NCBI RefSeq assembly: GCF_011745625.1
Contig: NW_027191477.1
Span: forward strand, 124,001 to 188,000
Source: Cladosporium halotolerans
Lineage: Eukaryota
Direction: 5' to 3'
Length of the DNA stretch: 64,000 bases
Shown: positions 23,229 to 34,450 of the stretch, one piece after another
How the letters are laid out: every line of letters begins with the position of its first letter
Position numbering within the stretch: the first letter of the stretch is position 1
Made by a program: the position numbers and the translations under genes
The notes under the pieces: generated by a model
Told to the model about the DNA's origin: nothing
Seen by the model: the letters and a program-made list of their open reading frames with translations, nothing else
Database searches by the model: none

Positions 23229-24167
23229 ATGGCGTCGCCAGCGTATTACGAGTCTCTTCTGAGCTCGGCGAAGCGGTTGAGGGTAAGCCACCCAACTATG
23301 GCGCCATCTGCGACTGCGTCGAGGACTAACCAAAGTCAGATATCTACCCCGAAGCCTTCTCTGAGCAATAGCATCCAATGTCGCGCCCTCTCGCAAACAG
23401 CAACTACCCAAGCCCGTCAAGACCGCCCAACACGATCAAGACGAAACAGCTCGCAGTCCTCCATCAAAGATGACCCCCTACGAATGGAGTTGCGCAACAT
23501 CCGCCTACCGAAAGCCGTTCAAGCAACATACCTCGCGCCGCTCAAGCGCACGCCCACACACGGCATCCCCGTCTGCGACCTGCAAATGCGCTCATACTCC
23601 GTGCGCAACCTGGAGATCTTCGCCGACTTCTGCCTGCGCGCCGCCTACTACCTGAACCTGCCGGCGAAAGGCCCCGTGCCTCTGCCGAAAATCACTGAGC
23701 GCTGGACGGTCCCCAAAAGCAATTTCGTGCACAAGAAGAGCCAGGAGAACTTTGAGCGTGTGACGATGCGCCGGTTGGTGCAAATCCAGGACGGACACCC
23801 GGAGACCGTCGCGCTCTGGCTGGCCTACATTCAGAAGAACAGGTACTACGGTGTTGGTTTGAAAGCCAACGTGTTCGAGCACGGCGGCCTGGAGGTCGGC
23901 AGTGAAATGGATGCTGAAGCGACGAAAGTCAAGGATGCGGTCGATGAGAAGTTGAAATTGCTTGGTGGCGGGCCTTCGATGTCGAGAGCTCACCAAAGGG
24001 TGAATACTATGGTTCATGACGAGCCATTCAAGGCGGCTTATGGAGCTTACAGCCCCATGAACCAGGCCGAGAGCGTGCCTAACGCTGCCGAGAGATTGGT
24101 GACGGTGCCATTGGACCCGGAGGTCCCGGAACAAATGAAGGAAGCTGCTAGGGCGCGCAGAGGTTGA
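23229..24167 (+). CDS. RSM10: Mitochondrial small-subunit ribosomal protein uS10m
   Basis: LQMRSYSVRNLEIFADFCLRAAYYL, GPVPLPKITERWTVPKSNFVHKKSQENFER; basic/Ser-rich presequence. Confidence 0.92.
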   Translation: MASPAYYESLLSSAKRLRVSHPTMAPSATASRTNQSQISTPKPSLSNSIQCRALSQTATTQARQDRPTRSRRNSSQSSIKDDPLRMELRNIRLPKAVQATYLAPLKRTPTHGIPVCDLQMRSYSVRNLEIFADFCLRAAYYLNLPAKGPVPLPKITERWTVPKSNFVHKKSQENFERVTMRRLVQIQDGHPETVALWLAYIQKNRYYGVGLKANVFEHGGLEVGSEMDAEATKVKDAVDEKLKLLGGGPSMSRAHQRVNTMVHDEPFKAAYGAYSPMNQAESVPNAAERLVTVPLDPEVPEQMKEAARARRG

Positions 24168-24748
24168 TTATTTTCGAACTCGATTTGAAGGGGTGGGTAT
24201 CTGACCTTTGATCAAGCTTAGTGGCCCCAAGAATGCGATTGCGCGAAATCGAGCAAATTGAAGGGATCTACTACCTTGCATCGATGTGCTTTCTGAGCCA
24301 GGGAGGACGTTAGACGAAAAAGGCTAGCAGCACCTTTCAAATGCTGTCTGTATATTACAACATGCCAAGATACACATTTCATCGAGAGAAACCAGCGTCC
24401 TAAATCAGATTCAGCTTGAAATCGCGCAGCAATTGCTTTTGATCCAACCAATCGTTCTGCGTCTGAAAGCGTTTGAAATGGTCAAAGCAAGATTTCGCCG
24501 CCGCATCAAGTCACGAATCGAGAGCGTTCGATCATGCGAAGGGAGTGAACGAAACAGATGATGGGATAGATCGTTCATGACGCTATGTGGTTTGTCCCGC
24601 GCCCGAGTCTTCCCTGTGATTATCCATTATTTTATCACTAATTTCCTGGCAAGTGTACTGTGCAAGCATGCATGGATCATGGTCAATTTCATCTACATCT
24701 ATTTTCACAGCCTTGACTTTGAGCAACCTCGACCGCCAAGAACTATAT

Positions 24749-25948
24749 CTACTTCAAGAGAGTATTCCCCGCCGTTTCGTCCAAGTTGCGAATCCTAGTT
24801 GGCGGAACGGCTTTCGCAGCTCGTTTACCGACCTTTTCAATAGGCTGACCGCCGTTGCTAGGTATCGACGAAGAGTTCTCGTATATATTCCCGATGCAGC
24901 TGCGGCCAAGCGCAGCTTCGCAAGATTTATCATCCGTTGTCGGCGCCCAAATAGACCCCTCGGTTTTTCCAACGGTCGCTTTGACATGGCTGAACACCGA
25001 GCCTTCGAGAAGCGCGTACGACGACTGACTCTCGATCGCGGGTCCGGTGATGTCGAACCACAAGTTGTTGACTAGGTGCACGACACTATTGCCGCCGAGT
25101 GTGAGGGAACGATCGCCTGCATGATGGATATAGTTATTTCTGAATGTAATTGTGTCATTGGCGCCCGTGAAGGAGAGTGGCCGGTGGTGGTAAGTGTCAC
25201 ACCTGGGAGACCAATTGGTTTGTCCTTCGATGAAGTTGTTGGACATCGTGACGCCGGCATTCGTTCCATTCCTCGTGACGATGTGGTGGCCGCCGATTGA
25301 AGATGTCTGTCGAGAGTGTTAGTTATCACGAGACGCGGAGGACCAGAAGACGTCCTCAAGACGATCCCATACCTTGATATGATCGATCCAGATGTTGGAT
25401 GTGCCGTCCAGAGTAATGGCATCGCCACCCCACTTATATCTAGCATTCAGGTTCTTGATCTCGAGGTTCTGGAGAATCACATTGGTCGTGCCATCTGCCA
25501 TTAGGAACCCCTTGCCTCGAATGATCCCCTTTTTGCTGACTCCCAAAACAGACTTGTCGCTCGACACAACCAGAGGGTATAGCGATGCTTTCTGATACTC
25601 CATTGCCACCATCGGTGCAGCAGGTTGTACGGTCTGGCACCATCCCCTTTTGTTGATCGCTAATTGACACATGGATGCTATTTCGTAAGGAGCACATCCA
25701 CACTCCCATGCGATGCCCTGAAGCTCTCTGAAGTCGAAGGTCTTCTCAACGACAATGTTGAGAGGCCCCTCCTGAACCAGGTATCTCGTCAATTCGACGG
25801 TGTTACTGGGAGTGACAGTGGGACCTGCCACGCCACCAGATGCCTTAGAACCAAAGCCCTCCGATTTACCAATAATAGCGACGGCCTTCACGGTTGACAA
25901 AACCGCTGCCAAGCAATTGCCTAATTTGAAGCTGCCTTTGAGCATCAT
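24749..25948 (-). CDS. Pectin lyase-like protein (polysaccharide lyase family 1), possibly catalytically degenerate; exons 25948-25373 and 25306-24749
   Basis: Signal peptide, EGFG..ASGG, VSSDKSVLG, NVILQNL, WGGDAITL, NIWIDH, HLVNN. A 66-nt intron 25307-25372 (GTATGG..ACTAAC..CAG) joins two ORF-track pieces. Confidence 0.88.
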
Positions 25949-26407
25949 CCTGGGTAACGCGAGGAGTCGCGAGAAGTGAGGTAGGGGGAGGGAAAGAGCA
26001 AGACAAAAATTCTGGCAAATGCTATCTATGATATGAAAATATTCGAGCGAAGTGTGACATCTTCAACATTCTGATTTGGGTTCGTCGCATAAAACCTTAC
26101 CCAATCATCGGCCAACGGCTTTGCATCCAATAAGGGCAACTCAATTACACAAATGGTAGTCTTCATCAATTTTGAGTTGGCAGATGTCAAGTCCTTATCG
26201 AAGGCCCGATGATTCAGAGCGTATCACTCGACTTACCTCGTCTCAGCGTGAGAAATGGAAGAAGTGTTCTCAGACATGAATCAAGCCCTTTACTCCTTCT
26301 ATCCATCTCGTGAGGCGAAAGTAGACGAGCATATCTGACGATGGCCGCCGATACAACGTCTTACACAAGACCTTGGTCCAGCCACCTTCCTTCTCATCAC
26401 CGCTGCC

Positions 26408-27105
26408 TCAACTGTCAGAGAGCTCGCACTTTCTTCTCGCCTCAATCTCCAAAGCCCAATCCGCGCCCCTTTTAATCCCAATCTCCAGCGCTGTAGGCAA
26501 AAGCCCCGCCTTCTGATCGAATGTCGCACCAGCCGCGATCAGCAACCTCGCAGCATCGCCGCGATCTTGCATAGCAGCCTCATGCATGGGCGTCTCACCC
26601 GTGTCGTCCTTGGCATTGACATCCGCGCCCGCGCGAATCAGGAGCTCGACGATGTCTTTCTCCTTGGGGTACAAGGCCGAGTGCAAAGCCGTCCGCCTGC
26701 CGTAAGAGGTCAGCGCGTCGACGTCGGCGCCGGCGGCGAGCAGCATCTCGACCGTCTGTATCTGGCCGTTGTGCGCGGCGATCGAGAGAGCGGGCATTCC
26801 GTTGAAAGGCCAGTTCGCATCAGCGCCAAGTTGGAGGAGGTGCTTCATCCGGTGAGTCTGACCATCGCAGAGAGCTTTGCGGAATTTGTCATACAGATCG
26901 TCTAGGGCCTCTTCTGACAGCTGCGGCTTTGGTGGTGGAGTCGGTTGGTGTCGTTCATTACTTGGGGTTCCACCATAGTAGTGGTTGTGGTCAAAGAGGT
27001 CTCAGCGTCTCACGCATCGCTTGAGAGGGATTGGATCCACTTACAAGCATCGCCGTAGTGATTCTTCGAGTCTCCCGTGGAGATGTTGCCCGTGTAAGTT
27101 GCCAT
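26408..27105 (-). CDS. Ankyrin-repeat protein (about 217 aa) with an N-terminal amyloid-like motif; proposed exons 27105-27045 and 27000-26408
   Basis: About four ANK repeats (ALSIAAHNGQIQTVEMLLAAGADVD, TALHSA..LLIRAGADVNAKD, GETPMHEAA). The frame is open about 50 codons upstream of the track's Met. An upstream ATG exon with a perfect GTAAGT donor splices in frame; the acceptor (GAG at 27001) is non-canonical, so the junction is less certain than the ANK call. Confidence 0.75.
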
Positions 27106-27534
27106 CGTGCGCAACGGCACGATAGACAACCTCAGATGCGTGTCAGACAGAAGGTATTCAGGTTGTCTACTTACTTCCGCCAGTGATGACTTGGTGTGTA
27201 CGACTTTGATTTTGAAGAGGCGAGAGGATGGAGTGAGCTCTCAGCCTGAGAGCAGGCTGAGTGTAAGCCTAAAACGCCAGCGTCTGAAAAGGGCAAGGCG
27301 GTGGCGTTCTTGCGTGTCTCAAGCGAGTTTGGTTACATTACAGCAGCAAATTATGGGGGAGGGGGGAGCATGATATTAAACTCATATGATTTGGTATAAC
27401 TCGTGAAGTCCTTTCTAAGTATGTCATGAAAGCCATTTCGGAGAGTGTCCATGAGCAACAGCACACACGCAATGCGTACATGTCGAGCCCAGAGATCCCA
27501 AGAAGAATGACTCCTCTGCATGCGAAATAGCAAC

Positions 27535-29577
27535 TTACACAGGCGAAGGGCAACCGAAAGCTTCGAGAATAAGTCAGCGAAAGTACCAGACGCATCAGAG
27601 GGCACACAAAACTTACAGGTAGCAACCGTACCACCGGGTCCAAAAACGGAAATCAGACCCTCAATCGCCGCCCAAATACCCATACCGCAGCACGCAAGGC
27701 CAGCAATGACGTAAATCAAGCACGGCACGCTCTGGACCCAGCTCTTCTTGAAGCCACGGATCCATCTCTTGGTACCATTGTCCATACGGGTGGTAACGCG
27801 AGTGTACGGGTTGAAGCCCTCACCGGGCAGGGCGGCGGCCTTCTGCACGATCCAAGCCAGGTAGAGCATGCCGGGGAAGGAGTAGGTGAAGTTGATCATG
27901 AAGAGGGCGCCGACCAGGGAGACGATACCGCCGAGGTTGGGAACGGCGGCGGCAATGACGAAGGCCAGGATCCAGTAGCAGGGGCCCAGGCAGTACCAGG
28001 CGATGCGGCCCTTGCGGGTCGAGATGGGCGGGAAGCCGAAGGCTTGCTGGAAGACTTCGAGGTAGACGGTCTTCATGCCGATGTTGAAGTACATGACTAG
28101 CGGGGTATTAGTTGAGGGCTTCCGGTGAGAGTGATGGTGGTAGCGGTGTGTGACTTACAGACTGCTATGAATCCTGTCAGTAGTGTGAGAACGTTTCCGG
28201 CTGTTTGAATGCCATATGGCCGGATGACGTTAACAATGTTGTTGGCGGAGTACTGGCCCCAGAAGGAATAGACGAAGACGCCGAACAGGAGGTAGACGAT
28301 GCAAATGAAGGCCTGAGCGCAGAAGAGGCCCTTCCAGAAGTCCATAGGGTTGCGCATCTCAGCGAGGAACGCGACAAAGAGGAGAGCACCGGCGTAGGCG
28401 TAGACCATGGTGTTCACGGCGTTGAACTGCGAAGCGAAGCCAGGGACTTGCTGCTGGTACTGGTTCGGAGGCTGGCCGGCAAAGACGACGACGGGCTCGA
28501 TAGTCTTGATCAGAGTGGACTTGAGCACGGCAGGGTAGTACGGCTTGTACAGCGCGGCGGCACACATGATGACGAGGAAGTTGGCGATGTTCATGAAGAC
28601 CGCAGCGTTCGACAGCCAACCAATTTTCTTCAGACTGCGGATGATACCGAAGATCATGCCGATGCCCATAACCAGGACCATGACACCGGAGAAACAGATT
28701 TTGCCTTTGGAGATCTGCGCGATGTTGGTCGATTTGCTCATGATCAGGACGGCGACTGTGAGGAATTGCTGGATAGATTGCGCGACGTTGATGCAGTGGC
28801 GAGACTTCTTGCCGAACAGGCGAAAGAAGGGGTCACCGTAACTGCACATGGGGTAGCGAGAGGAGTCCATGTCGAGGAAGATTTTCCAGATTGCCCACCC
28901 ACTGAAGGCGGCGAAGATACCGAAGATGATGTAGAGCGCGACACCAGTGCCATAGCCGACACTTGAGAAAACGAAGCTGTTGCGAAGTCAGCATGGAAGA
29001 CAGTGACGTGCAGAGCATTGAATACTTACGGAGCACCAGACCAACCAAGAATATCAGTGGTGATCAGGAAGAACATTTGACCCCAGGAGGCAGTCCTCAG
29101 AGCACGTGCGGCAGTACGCCACTCAGCATCAGTGGGCTTCAGAGGATCTTGAGAGGTCTCAGACGAAGCCGTCTGGGTGATGGTACCATCAGGGCCCTTC
29201 GACTCGGTGATAGCGGCGGGAGACTTCTCGATGGAGGACTGCAAGCGCATTGCGCGCTCCTCCTTGTCTCGCCTGTGGCGCGCCCTGCCCTCAGAGGAGA
29301 ACTGGTCCTTGATCATGTCGAAGAGGGGATAGCTGCCGTGGAGGGCTTTGAACCTCTCGTTCTCCTCCGCCTCCATTTCGCGCTCGAGCTTCGCCCAGAA
29401 GGTATATTCCTCGAAGGTGACGGTTTCGTCGACGCGCGCTGCAAACCCCCAGGTGCGCTCTTGGACAGCACCCTTCTCCGAGACGACGGAGGGCTGGCGC
29501 GCCTGCGCATCGATAGCCATCTCCATCTCGGCGGTGGGATGGGTGACTGTAGTGGCGGCGGCTGGGTAGGAGTCCAT
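27535..29577 (-). CDS. Amino-acid permease, AAAP/Aa_trans family (Mtr-like); exons 29577-29030, 28976-28159, 28096-27617, 27560-27535
   Basis: RALRTASWGQMFFLITTDILGWSGAP, MVYAYAGALLFVAFLAEMRNPMDFWK and many TM helices; three canonical GTAAGT introns in frame; ends ATSFGCPSPV*. Confidence 0.92.
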
Positions 29578-31625
29578 GGTGACGGCTTGTCTGCCCGACA
29601 GGCCAAGGGAAGTCAAGAACGGATGAGATGATCACAGATACTCGACGAAGAGGGTCTCGAGGGGACTCTGGACGTCTATATAGCTGCTGCCCATGGGCTG
29701 GGCCATAACGGTAGCGGAAAGCATGGCGTGTCTTAGCCGTGAAGCTCGCAATTGGAAGGCGGAGACCAATCGATATCAGATAGCCAGTGACCACCTGCTG
29801 CATGCGGCCTAGCATGAGATCCGAGGGAAGCACATTTACGAGACCAGATATCAATGCAATGCAAATGCAGAGGCCGTTGCCACCCAGATTCCAGGAGGGG
29901 TTACATCGTGTGCCGTGCACTCCGGGGCACGGCAGCTCACGTGCAAATGACACGGCCGGCGCCTCGCCTAACAAGCATCCCAAGGTTCGACCAGCGATTG
30001 GGGACCGAGGCTTAGTTTAATTAGGAAGGAGAGTCGAGCATGGATTGTGAGGCGAGGTGCAGGCGGTGTTGGTGGTGCACGCCAGGATTCGGACGTTCTT
30101 CTCACTCTGGATTCCCAAGCGAGGAGTGACAGACAACCATCACCAAATCCCGCGGCGCTTGCTATCGCTCTGTCAGCATTGGGTGGCGCTATCATTTGCG
30201 CCGGCCACAACGTCCCTGCGGAAAAGACACTTTGACGCTACCCGCCCCGGACTCCAAATTGAGTACGGCGGACGTTTTGTTTGCCTCGGCCAAGGCACGC
30301 GGCTCAAAGCGGTAGCGCGGAGAGGCACAGATGGCTTGAGAGCTTGCAGGGTCAAGCACGCGCTATGGCGGTATGTGGGATATTGGCATTGTCTTGAGTC
30401 GTGAGGTCGTGAGCTTGGTCTCGCCGCCGTGCCGAACCTCGCGGGCGACTCGTTTCCCCATCGTGGGGAGAAGACGAATAGGCGAATCATGCAAAAGTGG
30501 GCCTTTTAACCGCCGGCACGCTCACCTGCTTGTGGGGCCGCGATAGGGCTTCGCCTTTTTGCCGCTCGAGCCCTCTGCTTGCAGATAATAACGTTACAAT
30601 TATCACCGCTCATGAGCAAACCGCCGGATACCTGACGTGCCACTGGGGCACCGTGAAATCGCGCCAATCACGTGCTGTTGTTCGGATGTTGTACGAGACG
30701 TCTTCGCGCCGGGCACTTCGCGGTTGCTTGTTGAACCCACACATGGTGTAGGATTACAGTAGTACTGTAGCAATAATCTGCAGTGTGCCTGTACCCTAGC
30801 GCACCTTCTACCACGTGGCTTGGCAGCGACGTGGATGCTTATCAGACAACCTCAATCTACCACGACTCAAGCTGTTCTGGAATTCTAATGGTTCAGCCGA
30901 CTGCCGAGGGTCTGGTATCTCCCAGCCAGACTTGTGCACGATCGACGAACCGATCCGTCGGAAACGACCCGATTGCTGCAAAGTCCTGCAGAACGCTGAA
31001 CAGGGGAGTGTAAAGCACCTTTTTCCATGAATGCAGATCAAAAGCCGCAGACACGAGGCTATAGAAGCGTTGTGGATTTACGCTCGAGGTCCTCAATTCT
31101 GAGGCCCCCGAAGCGCGGAGGCCGTCGGGTGGGTGGGATCTTATTTGGGTTAGCGTCTTCTCGGGACGTTCTACAAGTCGCGGGAACTGCCCTGCCCTAC
31201 CTTACATAGGTACCTCAGGAGCTATATCACTGGTTGTTTACTATATGGAGTAGATTCATTGCTATGGTTTCTTCAATGCTGCTGGGAGCCTTTGCTTATC
31301 TGATGCCCGCACTTCGGGCTCCTCCCAAAGATGAACTGTCCGATCGAGCAATTGATGCCGAGGCGACCAATCAGCTTCGTAGCCAGCAAAGTCACACGCA
31401 AGACGCACCTTGGCTGCCGAGGCTGCGTACATGGAGGTAGGCTCAACTTCACCGCCTGTCTGCGAGACACCTCTACAACGCGTATCTGTCTGATAGTAGC
31501 ACTGACGACGCAAGCATACGCGACCATGGAAGACTAGCATGACAATGAATCCCACTCCCGGGCATGACTGCCCCCAAACATGCTACTGGCTCACATAAGC
31601 GCCCTGCTGTATTCGGTCAAACAAC

Positions 31626-33923
31626 ATGGATCATGAACATAAACGACGCAAGATAGGACATTCCTATTCGAATATCCACGCGAATGATCATACCAAGTTA
31701 CATCTTGGCGATGTTTACGAAGGTCACACAAACAACTTTTTCGGCGCAAACGAATTGACGGAGAAGGCTGAAGCCATACTTGAGAGCCTGAAGTCAAAGT
31801 GGGACAATATGGACGGCCGCAGAGAGAACTTATCGGAGCCGGCTCGAGACACCTTCCAGTGGTTGTTCGCCCCGTACTCCACATTTGACCACTGGCTCCG
31901 TGTTTCACACGATGAGGACTTGTTCTGGGTCACCGGAAAGCCTGGCTCTGGCAAATCGACTTTGATGAAATTCGTAACGGAAAGCGAAAGCACTGTCGAG
32001 TCTCTTCAGGCCTGGGGTGGTACTGACAGGGTCTTGACAGCCCATCATTTTTTCTGGCACCCCGGCACTGCGGAAGAGAAGTCGATCAGTGGGCTCTTGC
32101 GAAATTTGCTTTACCAACTTTGTCGAGCTGATCTTGATTTGATGCGCGTTGTATTCGAGCCACGATGGGAGCGCTCGAAACAGTACTGGGCCAAAATTTG
32201 GACGGTGCAAGAACTTTGGGAGAGTCTGCACCGATTGCGCTCAGCTTCCTCCACAAAAATATGTCTCTTCATCGACGCACTGGATGAATCGCAGCCGCAA
32301 GACCGCCACACGGAGCTTTGCAAAAAGCTTTTGGAGTTTTCCACCATTCCAAATGTCAAGGTTTGCGTTTCCAGCCGGCCTTGGCAAGTCTTTCACGGAT
32401 CTTTTGAGCGACTCAATCTCAACTTCAAAATGGACATCATGATAGGCAGAGACACTAACGTTTTCGCATACCATCGATTCTTGGCGGCTAAGGATGTCAC
32501 TGCAGATGATGATTCTATCCTCGAATGCCAACTAGAGGAGCTCGCAGACTCTGTAAGCTCTCGTGCCGAAGGCGTCTTCCTCTGGGTACGTTTGATAGTG
32601 GACGCTTTGTGTCAGCATATAGTGACAGGAGCTACTCATGAGCAGCTCTCTGCCAAATTGTTGGAATTCCCCGCGGAGCTCGAAGATTTCTACCGAAAGA
32701 TGATCTACGATAGAGTGCATAGTACATGGCGTGTGCTATGTGCCGCGTTCCTCAGACTGGCTTTGGTGTTGTCTAAGGACAAAGCTAAAGGCATACGTTC
32801 CATGGACTGGCGGGCGTACTGGGCTGCTGAGAGGATCTACGAAGAAAGCCTTACGAACAGTGTCGGGCAACGACCCCATCAGCTCCTAACAGCTCTTCAG
32901 CTGAGACAGAGAAGGCTCACCATCGAGAAGACACTCGGCGCAGCTTGTGGAGGGTTTCTCACAATGTTTTCGCAAGATTGCACTCGTGGACCTCGATATA
33001 AAGTCGATTTCGCACACACCTCTGTGATCAACTTTCTAGAAACGCCGCACATGCAGGAACTGCTCGCTCAACATGCTCCCTCCTACCTCATAGGAGAAGA
33101 CCCCTTAGCACTGATCTGGCTGGAAGTATCTAAAATTGGCCCTTCTGAGGCGGATTTGACAGAAAATACCTGCGACGATCTTCATCAAATAATTTGGGAG
33201 TCGTTTCTCTCAGTTGGTATCAAGCAACCCCCTGCTAAATTTGATACCCAGCTCGAGCGAAGCGCTATCTTTTTCCACGATAAATTTTGCGTTCCCAGAA
33301 AGACACACTTCCACCATGATTGTGAGCTTGGAGATTTTGACAACGAAGTCGTTTTGATCATAAAGGGTCTAATGCTCTGGGCTCACTTCCAATATGCCCG
33401 CCGGGCGATCCGCAGTTGGCCCGGCATCTTGGCTTTGCACTCACTGGCATCCAGAGCTTTAGAACTAGCTCTTGCTCCAGCCGACCGGATCGATTACGAT
33501 TTTGTTGAACTCTTGTTCGAGCATGGTGCCGATATTCGCTGCTGCACATCAGCATGGATCGATCTCGTGGCGAAATGGGCTACATGTCGTACGACCTCGG
33601 CTCTCGATCATTCCATGTGGGCAATAGCTAAGCTCCTAATACAACACGGTGCATGCCTCACCTCTCAAGTGCCACTTGAGCAATGTTCACAGGCCCCGGA
33701 GGTTCAAGTAGTTCTTGCTGCTTGTGTCCCCGAAGAAAAGTTGGAGGAGCTCTACGCCCTGTTGGAGGATGTCTCCTCACCAGAAACAAGAGCTCGGATA
33801 GGTGCAAGGGTCACAGAGATCAGGCGAACGGTGTGGCCCAACACCTTGGCTCGGCAAGACAAAACTGCTGTTGAGACCTTCGATCTCGATGCAAAGGCCA
33901 TGCCCACCGTCGAATCGGCATGA
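31626..33923 (+). CDS. NACHT-domain NLR-like (STAND) protein with N-terminal HET-s-like motif and degenerate ankyrin C-terminus
   Basis: TFQWLF..FDHWL, FWVTGKPGSGKSTLMKF (Walker A), HFFW, LFIDALDE (Walker B), KVCVSSRPW, RAEGVFLWVRL; C-terminal VELLFEHGAD and KLLIQHGA. Confidence 0.9.
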   Translation: MDHEHKRRKIGHSYSNIHANDHTKLHLGDVYEGHTNNFFGANELTEKAEAILESLKSKWDNMDGRRENLSEPARDTFQWLFAPYSTFDHWLRVSHDEDLFWVTGKPGSGKSTLMKFVTESESTVESLQAWGGTDRVLTAHHFFWHPGTAEEKSISGLLRNLLYQLCRADLDLMRVVFEPRWERSKQYWAKIWTVQELWESLHRLRSASSTKICLFIDALDESQPQDRHTELCKKLLEFSTIPNVKVCVSSRPWQVFHGSFERLNLNFKMDIMIGRDTNVFAYHRFLAAKDVTADDDSILECQLEELADSVSSRAEGVFLWVRLIVDALCQHIVTGATHEQLSAKLLEFPAELEDFYRKMIYDRVHSTWRVLCAAFLRLALVLSKDKAKGIRSMDWRAYWAAERIYEESLTNSVGQRPHQLLTALQLRQRRLTIEKTLGAACGGFLTMFSQDCTRGPRYKVDFAHTSVINFLETPHMQELLAQHAPSYLIGEDPLALIWLEVSKIGPSEADLTENTCDDLHQIIWESFLSVGIKQPPAKFDTQLERSAIFFHDKFCVPRKTHFHHDCELGDFDNEVVLIIKGLMLWAHFQYARRAIRSWPGILALHSLASRALELALAPADRIDYDFVELLFEHGADIRCCTSAWIDLVAKWATCRTTSALDHSMWAIAKLLIQHGACLTSQVPLEQCSQAPEVQVVLAACVPEEKLEELYALLEDVSSPETRARIGARVTEIRRTVWPNTLARQDKTAVETFDLDAKAMPTVESA

Positions 33924-34450
33924 TCAATCTGCTGCTTGTCTCTTACTAGGAGTTTACCGTTGCTACTAGAATCCTACCACATGAGAAACGCTCTGTCGCT
34001 GCAAACACAAAATATCACGCAATGGTATTGCCTGTACGTAAGCCGTAAAAGGCTCCGTCTCCCATGTTTACAGAGCGAGTGTACGGGGCTCTGGTCGACA
34101 ATCCCGCAGAGCAGCCTCCACGATTGAAGACAATACCAAGCATGACCTCACGGCGCAATTTATTATCAGTAATTCTGCGCGCATCCTTGAAGATGATCTC
34201 AGTTCTGACATCTTCAGGAGATTGTTTCCAGATCAAATAGTGATCTCAAGCGGAACAGGTTTGGTTTCTAATGTCCTTCTCCAACTCTAACCTAGTCTTA
34301 GAATTGTTGAAATGCTAATCTTGTGAATTATCATCTACTGTTGAAGTAGACCCACGGTAAGGAATTGGGAGAATGGCCTTGCTTCAGCAATCCTTTCGAA
34401 GCTCTCCCTGTTGCGACTGCAACATATGCGAAGCCCAGCTTGTCTCATCT

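Noticed and set aside
29600..30950. GATA sites upstream of the amino-acid permease as an AreA cluster
   Set aside because: A rough count (about 14 in 1.3 kb) is close to the random expectation for a 4-mer on both strands.
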